Shown: in pieces, positions 5,923 through 12,790 of the stretch
Numbering within the stretch: position 1 is the first letter of the stretch
How the letters are laid out: every line of letters begins with the position of its first letter
Assembly: GCA_050177605.1 (NCBI GenBank)
Contig: JBFXGX010000006.1
Location: 51,688-66,767, forward strand
Length of the DNA: 15,080 bases
From: Candidatus Izemoplasmatales bacterium
GTDB lineage: Bacteria; Bacillota_I; Bacilli_A; Izemoplasmatales; Hujiaoplasmataceae
Reading direction: 5' to 3'
Program-made: the position numbers and the translations under genes
The notes under the pieces: generated by a model
Told to the model about the DNA's origin: nothing
The model's input: the letters and a program-made list of their open reading frames with translations, nothing else
Database searches by the model: none

Positions 5923-7818
5923 TTGAAAAAACTATTAATCTTTTTTGTAATGCTTATGGCTGCAGTAACTGTTATTGCATGTGATAAGACTACAACTGCT
6001 ACAACAACGACAACAACAACGACAACAACAACGACTCAATCTGGTGCTCCAGTAATATCTGGTGTTACAAATGGTGGAACCATTGTTGTTAAAGTTGGCG
6101 CTACAACTGTTTTAACTGGTATTACTGCAGTAGATAAAAATGGTGCATCATTAACTGTTAAGGTAGTTGGTGACTATGATTTAAACACTGTTGGAACCTA
6201 TACAGGTGTTACGATTTCTGCAACGGATTCTACAGGATTAAAAACAACTTATACTGTGACAGTATCTGTTACAGCATTAACTTGTGAAGAAGATCCTACC
6301 CAAGATGCTTGTAAGACAGATGTTGATAGAGCAAGAGAAGAATATGAAGGTACAATTTATAATGTCGATTTAAATGATAACGGCGTTGCAGACTGGACTG
6401 AAACTTCAATCGCTTTATCCATTGGTTTCTCTTACTATGGTGCAGACAATGAAACAAACGCTGTTTGGATGAATATTCAAAAATTCATGGAACAATATCC
6501 AAATATTTCTGTTACTCGTGATCCATTATTCTCAAGTGGATGGGAAGGCGGAGATGATGGATTATTATTAATCCAAGAACAAGCAGCTAGAGAAGGTACT
6601 TTACCTGACATTTATTTCAATCCAAAAGGTGCTGAAACTTATGACCGTGGAATGACACTCGATATTACGCCATACATCGCTACCGATGAAGAAGGCGTTT
6701 ATATCACTGAAAATGCTTTATCTGGTATGAGAACATATGATAATGCTGAAATTTGGGGTATTCCTTGGCAAGGTGTTGGACCAATGGTCGCAATCAACCT
6801 TACACTATTAGATCAACTAGGGCTTACAGCTCCATCTTATGATTGGACATATGCTGAATATGAAGCTTTAAGAGATCAAGTTGGTGTTATTACAAATACT
6901 GGCGCTTGCGTATTCCCTGGAGTCATCGACTTCTCAATTGAAGGTTCAAACTATTTTGATAGTGTACCTGGTGGATATAAAGGCTACAATATCGTTACAC
7001 AAAGATTCGACTTTGCTGGCGCTACTGGTTACGGTAACTGGTTAGAACAAGTTGCTGCAGAAGCAAAACAAGGATGGCATTTCTATGATTTAGATGCAGC
7101 TACACAAGAATCAAGATGTCCTGATATCGCTGATTCATGGACAGATGGTGTTAGAGCAATCAACACAATCATGTTATATTCATTCAATGACTCTGTAGAT
7201 CAAATGTTAAATCGTGGATGGACTATCGATCTCTATCCATTCCCTGAATCTCCAGCAGGAGGATCTTCATTAAGTTATACATATTATGATTATTATTCAA
7301 TGAGCTCTAAATTAGAAGAAGACAGAGTCAAAGCTGAAGCCGCTTATCAATTAATTAAATGGTTAACATTCGGTGAAGACGGAACTGCATCTCGTTGGGG
7401 ACTTATCGACGAAAAGAACGTTGATATTGATCCAGATACAGCAGGATTCCAAACTTCATTCTCAACTGGTAACCTCTATTTAATGGATTACATTCAAGGT
7501 TGGCCAGTTACTTCTAACCCAGCAGTTCTTGCTAATCATCCATTAGTAAAAGGATTCTCTGAAGAAAGTGGACTTTCTAAATACAATTTTGCTGCATTCC
7601 AATTACCATTGATGCAATATCAATTATCGAATGCCAATCCGTATCCAAGAAATATTCCGGCTTTCGCTTCGGTTGCCAATGCATTTGATCCTTGGACTAT
7701 CAAAGACCAAATGAGAGATGAATCTCTAAGTTTCATTGATATCGCGCCTCAAAGGCAAGAAGAAATGAATCAAGCAATCGAGGACTTTTTACAAAATTAT
7801 ATTGGTTCAGGAAACTAA
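5923..7818 (+). CDS. Lipoprotein extracellular solute-binding protein of a sugar ABC transporter, with poly-Thr linker and N-terminal Ig-like domain (631 aa)
   Basis: SD GGAGG (5910-5914) precedes TTG 5923. Lipobox VIA-C20. Ig domain APVISGV...SATDSTG (6046-6279). Family-1 SBP motifs KFMEQYPNISV, GTLPDI, LDITPYI, IWGIP, L.APSYDWTY.EY and EAAYQLIKWL. Confidence 0.88.
   Translation: MKKLLIFFVMLMAAVTVIACDKTTTATTTTTTTTTTTTQSGAPVISGVTNGGTIVVKVGATTVLTGITAVDKNGASLTVKVVGDYDLNTVGTYTGVTISATDSTGLKTTYTVTVSVTALTCEEDPTQDACKTDVDRAREEYEGTIYNVDLNDNGVADWTETSIALSIGFSYYGADNETNAVWMNIQKFMEQYPNISVTRDPLFSSGWEGGDDGLLLIQEQAAREGTLPDIYFNPKGAETYDRGMTLDITPYIATDEEGVYITENALSGMRTYDNAEIWGIPWQGVGPMVAINLTLLDQLGLTAPSYDWTYAEYEALRDQVGVITNTGACVFPGVIDFSIEGSNYFDSVPGGYKGYNIVTQRFDFAGATGYGNWLEQVAAEAKQGWHFYDLDAATQESRCPDIADSWTDGVRAINTIMLYSFNDSVDQMLNRGWTIDLYPFPESPAGGSSLSYTYYDYYSMSSKLEEDRVKAEAAYQLIKWLTFGEDGTASRWGLIDEKNVDIDPDTAGFQTSFSTGNLYLMDYIQGWPVTSNPAVLANHPLVKGFSEESGLSKYNFAAFQLPLMQYQLSNANPYPRNIPAFASVANAFDPWTIKDQMRDESLSFIDIAPQRQEEMNQAIEDFLQNYIGSGN
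5989..6036 (+). repeat. Poly-Thr linker encoded by ACN triplets, containing a 12-bp tandem unit
   Basis: Encodes TTTA followed by T12. Bases 6001-6033 read ACAACAACG-ACAACAACAACG-ACAACAACAACG. Confidence 0.9.
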
Positions 7819-7843
7819 TATACAAAATATTTAATTAAGGACT

Positions 7844-7888
7844 CCAATAACTCTTCAGTCTAAGCTGAAGAGTTATTGGTTGTTTTTT
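7844..7888 (+). terminator. Intra-operon terminator/stabiliser hairpin after the binding-protein gene
   Basis: Perfect 15-bp stem CCAATAACTCTTCAG / CTGAAGAGTTATTGG with 6-nt loop TCTAAG, followed by TTGTTTTTT. Confidence 0.8.
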
Positions 7889-7912
7889 AAGAACTTGGTG
7901 GAGGTGTATTGT

Positions 7913-10900
7913 TTGAAAAAGATATTAATTATGTTCATGTTTTTAGGCATTTTCGGATTCTTCGTCGTTAATCATCTGTCAGTAATTAACGCTTATCAGT
8001 ATGATTATAGTGAACAAGATTCCGTGAAGATAGATCAAGTCGTTAGCGATAACGATGTTTATGTTGATTCTTATGACGAGAATTCAAATTATTACGGTGT
8101 GTATGAAAATTGGACGAATTTGGGTGTTCCACTTCCAAGCGAAGTAGTCACTGTTTCTCCAAATGATTTTGTAGGCGGAACGCTTGTTTCAAGTACAAAT
8201 TCGATTGGATATAATAGTAATACAGTACGTATTGAACCACTTCAATCCGTCACTTTTAGTGTTACTGTCGCAAGTGAAGGACTTTATGAAATGATGGTCG
8301 ATTATTATGCTATCGATGAAACAAGACTTCAACCTTCTATTGCAGTAGCGATTAATGGAGACACACAATACAATGAGATGTATCGTATCGATGTTCCAGT
8401 AAGATGGATGATTGATCAAACACCTAGTTACGATCGATATGGTGATGAACTCGTTCCAGATTCAACACTTTATTTAGGATGGTCAACGATGTATTTAGGA
8501 GATCCTAATTACTTTTTCATTGAACCGCTCAAATTTTATCTGCATTCAGGTGTGAATGAAATCACCATTACAATGAATGAAGGGTATTTACTATTAGGTG
8601 ATATTACGATTGGTAATACCTATGTTAGCCCTGTGTCATATCAAGAATATATTGCTTCACATCAATCCGCCAATGTTATTACAAATTCAAGTATTTTAGA
8701 TATTCAAGCAGAAGATTACTTATATGAGAGTGCACAAAATATACGTTCTAAATATGTAAGAGATTCATCGCTTACCCCTTATACTTTTAAGAACAGAGTA
8801 TTAAATGTTTTAGATGAAAATTCATTCCGTTTAGGTGGAGATAGCGTAACTTATGTTTTCCAAGTTAGCGAAACGGGTCTTTATCAATTAAGTCTTAAAT
8901 ATATGCAAACAGGAAACCCTGGTCTTTCAACTAGTCGTACCATTTTTATCGATGGAGCGATACCTTTTGAAGAAATGTCATCTTATCGTTTTGATTATAC
9001 AACCCATTTTAAAGTTGTTACTTTAAACGATGGGACGAACCCTTATTATTTTTATTTAGAAGCAGGAACACATGAAATTACATTAAGTGTTATCAATACT
9101 GATGTGAAGGATGTTTATCATCATTTATTAAGTGTTCTTGAAGAAATTAGTAGTTTAGCGAGAGAAATTAACAAAATCACCGGAGGATTATCCGATGATA
9201 AACGTAATTTTAAATTAGATACCTATATTCCTAATTTAGTTAGTGATTTAACAAGACTTCGTGATGAAGTGAAACAATCATATGATGATTTAGCACTCAT
9301 TTATGATAATGATAATTTAGCTATTTTAAGCGAATTAACTATTTCGATTAAGTACTTCAATCAATTTATTGAAGATACAAATGATATTCCCGTTTACCTC
9401 GAAAGATTTAATGAAGGTGAAAATTCAATTTACGGACGAATTAATACAATTCTGCCGTTACTAATCGATCAACCTTTACAACTAGACGTTTTATTGTTTA
9501 ATGGGACCGATGATTCGTTACCAAAAGCAAGCGATGGATTCTTTGTGAATACGTATGAATCGATTCGTGCCTTTTTGTATACTTTTACGGACCCAAAATA
9601 TAATCAAGCGGACGTAGTGGATGATCAAACGATTGAAATTTGGGTTAGACAGTCAAGACTGTATATCCAAATTATGCAACGTATGATCGACGAAGATTTC
9701 ACCTCACAAACCGGAATCAAAGTATTGTTATCTGTTATGCCAGACGAAAACAAGATTGTCCTTTCCAATGCCGCAGGAACTACGCCAGATGCTGCAATGG
9801 GACTCAGTGTAACAAAACCATTTGACTTTGCGATTCGTGGTATGTTAACTGACTTAAGACAATTACCTGGCTTCTATAATTTGGTTGCGGATTACAATCC
9901 GAACAGTTTTATCCCATTTGTGTACGAAGAAGGAGTTTATTCTATTCCTGAAACGATGGATGTAAAATTACTCTTCTATCGTAAAGATATATTAGATTTC
10001 TTAGGTGTTGAACCACCTCAAACATGGGATGAAGTTGTTAGTTTAATTCCTGTCTTACAAAAATATGATTATGATTTTTATACTCCTCTTGGCAATGACA
10101 ATTCATTCAAAACATTTGGTGAAACCACGCCATTTATCTACCAATTCCACGGCGATTTATATAATTTAACTGGGGATAAAACGTTAGTAAATGAGGATGG
10201 TGCATACCAAGCTTTTGAGTTTATGACTGATTTATTCAGTATATATAATATTCCGATTACAACATCGAACTTCTTCCAAAAATTCCGTACAGGTCAAATT
10301 CCTTTAGGAATTGGAGATGGAAATACGTATATTCAGTTAAAATATGCTGCCCCAGAACTTGCTGGACAATGGGCAGTCATTCCAATTCCTGGTGTTGAAT
10401 ATACCTATGACGATCCTGATTATTGTGAAGGGCCATTAACAGATGGTCGTTGTATCGAAAGATGGGACCCAACTTATGGAACAAGTTCGGTCATCTTTAA
10501 TGATTCTTCAAAACAAGATTTATCTTGGCAATTTTTCTTATGGTGGTTCTCAAAAGAATCCCAAACGAATTTCACTTATAATTTACAATCGATGCTTGGT
10601 TCAGAGTTCTTATATATGACAGCGAATGTTGAAGCGTTTAAGGATAGTGCTTGGCCAAGTGACTCAAAATCTCAAATCCTTGAGCAATGGCAATGGATCA
10701 GAACCGTTGGTAAAGTTCCAGGAGACTATTTATTAGAACGTGAACTATCTAATGCATGGAATACAGTTGTAAATGATGGCACCAGTGCACGTGTTGCAAT
10801 TGACGATGCGGTCATCATTATTAACCGTGAATTAAAAAGGAAACTTGAAGAATTTGGCTATTATGAGAATGGTGTTATGGTGAAAGAATATACGGTACCT

Positions 10901-10951
10901 ACCTACCTGAATATTAATCACTGGTTGAAAGAAGATGATGGTAATGAATAA
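7913..10951 (+). CDS. Large extracellular solute-binding protein with two N-terminal jelly-roll (CBM6/CBM35-like) domains, a helical spacer and a C-terminal sugar SBP domain (~1012 aa)
   Basis: SD GGAGGTG (7900-7906) precedes TTG 7913, giving the MKKILIMFMFLGIFGFFVV signal/anchor. Two repeats of VT[FY]...V...GLY....Y...FYL..G.[NH]EIT. SBP motifs FTSQTGIKV, GTTPDA, LFYRKDIL..LGVEPPQTWDE, APELAGQWAV.PIPG and WQFFLWW. Confidence 0.88.
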   Translation: MKKILIMFMFLGIFGFFVVNHLSVINAYQYDYSEQDSVKIDQVVSDNDVYVDSYDENSNYYGVYENWTNLGVPLPSEVVTVSPNDFVGGTLVSSTNSIGYNSNTVRIEPLQSVTFSVTVASEGLYEMMVDYYAIDETRLQPSIAVAINGDTQYNEMYRIDVPVRWMIDQTPSYDRYGDELVPDSTLYLGWSTMYLGDPNYFFIEPLKFYLHSGVNEITITMNEGYLLLGDITIGNTYVSPVSYQEYIASHQSANVITNSSILDIQAEDYLYESAQNIRSKYVRDSSLTPYTFKNRVLNVLDENSFRLGGDSVTYVFQVSETGLYQLSLKYMQTGNPGLSTSRTIFIDGAIPFEEMSSYRFDYTTHFKVVTLNDGTNPYYFYLEAGTHEITLSVINTDVKDVYHHLLSVLEEISSLAREINKITGGLSDDKRNFKLDTYIPNLVSDLTRLRDEVKQSYDDLALIYDNDNLAILSELTISIKYFNQFIEDTNDIPVYLERFNEGENSIYGRINTILPLLIDQPLQLDVLLFNGTDDSLPKASDGFFVNTYESIRAFLYTFTDPKYNQADVVDDQTIEIWVRQSRLYIQIMQRMIDEDFTSQTGIKVLLSVMPDENKIVLSNAAGTTPDAAMGLSVTKPFDFAIRGMLTDLRQLPGFYNLVADYNPNSFIPFVYEEGVYSIPETMDVKLLFYRKDILDFLGVEPPQTWDEVVSLIPVLQKYDYDFYTPLGNDNSFKTFGETTPFIYQFHGDLYNLTGDKTLVNEDGAYQAFEFMTDLFSIYNIPITTSNFFQKFRTGQIPLGIGDGNTYIQLKYAAPELAGQWAVIPIPGVEYTYDDPDYCEGPLTDGRCIERWDPTYGTSSVIFNDSSKQDLSWQFFLWWFSKESQTNFTYNLQSMLGSEFLYMTANVEAFKDSAWPSDSKSQILEQWQWIRTVGKVPGDYLLERELSNAWNTVVNDGTSARVAIDDAVIIINRELKRKLEEFGYYENGVMVKEYTVPTYLNINHWLKEDDGNE

Positions 10952-11876
10952 ACTTCTGAATCATCCAAAACTGGATTCTTTTAAAGCATTTTACAAAAAA
11001 CATTCACAAAGTCCTTATTGGTTTATCATTCCTTATGCTTCCTTATTTATATTAATTATTGTGTTACCGGTAATCGTGGCGATCGGATTAAGTTTTACGA
11101 CATTTGATACAATCCAACCACCGACTTGGGTTGCACTTAAAAATTATGTCAGCATCTTTACAAATGATAGTGTATTCTTACAAAACGCTGTTCCTAACAC
11201 GATTTCTTTTAGTATTATTGTTGGACCAATTGGGTATATGCTTTCATTTTTACTAGCGTGGATGCTAGCACAAGTACCACACAAAGCAAGAACGATTTAT
11301 GCGGTCATTATTTATTCACCTAGCGTTACTGGTGCCGTTATGATGGCATTTGTTTGGCGTATTCTATTTAGTGGTGATGAAACTGGATATTTGAATTACA
11401 TCTTAATGAACTGGTTTGGCATGAAAAATGCAATTCAGTTCTTAGAAGATGCAGATTATTTATTCTATATCATGATTATTGTTAGTTTATGGTCTTCAAT
11501 GGGGTTAGGATTCTTAGCCATGCTTGCCGGGGTCCTTAATATTGACCGAAGTCTATATGAAGCAGCGGCGATTGATGGTATGAAAAACCGTTGGCAAGAA
11601 ATATTTTATATTACAATTCCTTCAATGAAACCGCAGATGTTGTTCGGTGCGGTAATGTCGATCATTGGTACATTTAATGCGGCGGGTATCGCTTCAGCCC
11701 TTGCAGGTGGAGGCACACCTCCTCAATATGCTGGTTGGCTGATTGTTGACCACGCTTCCGATTTTGGATTCACTCGATTTGAAATGGGCTATGCTTCCGC
11801 AATCACCGTCATCTTGCTTGGAATTGTATTACTATTTAACAAAATAGCTTATAAACTATTTGGAGATAAGGGGTGA
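10944..11876 (+). CDS. Carbohydrate ABC transporter permease (CUT1, MalF/UgpA-like)
   Basis: About six hydrophobic segments and the EAA loop LYEAAAIDG...ITIP.MKP. The start overlaps the upstream stop (ATGAATAA); in-frame ATGs at 10935 and 10938 are alternatives. Ends in TGA. Confidence 0.92.
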   Translation: MNKLLNHPKLDSFKAFYKKHSQSPYWFIIPYASLFILIIVLPVIVAIGLSFTTFDTIQPPTWVALKNYVSIFTNDSVFLQNAVPNTISFSIIVGPIGYMLSFLLAWMLAQVPHKARTIYAVIIYSPSVTGAVMMAFVWRILFSGDETGYLNYILMNWFGMKNAIQFLEDADYLFYIMIIVSLWSSMGLGFLAMLAGVLNIDRSLYEAAAIDGMKNRWQEIFYITIPSMKPQMLFGAVMSIIGTFNAAGIASALAGGGTPPQYAGWLIVDHASDFGFTRFEMGYASAITVILLGIVLLFNKIAYKLFGDKG

Positions 11877-11881
11877 AATGT

Positions 11882-12790
11882 ATGAGTAAGAAAAAAGTAT
11901 ATAAAAAGAAAAAAAGCTCAGGCAGTGGTATCACCTTTAATCCCGATCGTTTTCATCCTAATCAATGGAAATTCCATGCGTTCTTAATTACATTATCTTT
12001 ATTTATGGGGATGCCAATTGTATTTATTTTGAATCATGCATTCAAACCCTATACAGAATTATTTGCTTATCCTCCTAAATTATTTGTTCGTCGTCCGACG
12101 CTAGATAACTTCGTCAAATTAGCCACATTCTCTTCAGAATCTGGTATTCCAATTTCAAGGTATATCTATAATAGCGTTGTGACAACTGCTCTCGTTGTAA
12201 TTTTATCGATTATTATTAGTTCGTTAGCAGCTTTCGCACTCTCAAAACTTGAATTTAAGGGAAAAAATACACTCAACCGTATTAATCAATTCGCCCTTAT
12301 GTTCGTTCCAATTGCAGTTGCGATTCCTCGTTTCTTCGTTTTAATCAATCTAGGAATCTATAATACTTACTTAGCACATATTATTCCGTTACTTGCAATG
12401 CCAATTGGTATTTTCCTAATTAAACAATTTATGGATTCTTCTGTTCCTAAGGAACTGATTGAAGCCGCTAAAATTGATGGTGCAGGGAACTGGAGAATCT
12501 ATTGGAATGTCGCAATGCCACTCGTCACACCGGCGTTAGTTACAGTAGCGATTTTAGCATTCCAAGTATCATGGTCAAATACAGAAGGTTCAAATATCTT
12601 CGTCGATAAAGAAGCGCTCAGAACACTACCATTCTATATGAGCACAGTCGTTTCTCAACAAGGAAATATCGTGGTTACAGCTGGAGTTGGTGCTGCAGCG
12701 AACCTGATTATGTTCCTTCCTAACTTAATTATCTTTATTATTATGCAAAATAAGGTCATGGCTTCCATGGCTCATTCAGGTATCAAATAA
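11882..12790 (+). CDS. Carbohydrate ABC transporter permease (CUT1, MalG/UgpE-like)
   Basis: Motifs PTLDNF, NSVV, AAFALSKLEFKG and the EAA loop PKELIEAAKIDGAG...PL. SD-like AAGGGGTG (11868-11875) precedes ATG 11882; GTG 11873 is an alternative start. Confidence 0.92.
   Translation: MSKKKVYKKKKSSGSGITFNPDRFHPNQWKFHAFLITLSLFMGMPIVFILNHAFKPYTELFAYPPKLFVRRPTLDNFVKLATFSSESGIPISRYIYNSVVTTALVVILSIIISSLAAFALSKLEFKGKNTLNRINQFALMFVPIAVAIPRFFVLINLGIYNTYLAHIIPLLAMPIGIFLIKQFMDSSVPKELIEAAKIDGAGNWRIYWNVAMPLVTPALVTVAILAFQVSWSNTEGSNIFVDKEALRTLPFYMSTVVSQQGNIVVTAGVGAAANLIMFLPNLIIFIIMQNKVMASMAHSGIK

Noticed and set aside
6367..6402. Dockerin interpretation of DLNDNGVADWTE
   Set aside because: Only one loop is present. 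Dockerins need a duplicated ~22-aa loop-helix, and no cohesin is recognisable in the window.
7880..7912. TTG 7880 start for the large SBP
   Set aside because: It sits at the base of the hairpin without an SD; TTG 7913 follows GGAGGTG.
8189..8419. 76-aa minus-strand ORF
   Set aside because: Antisense shadow of the large SBP gene.
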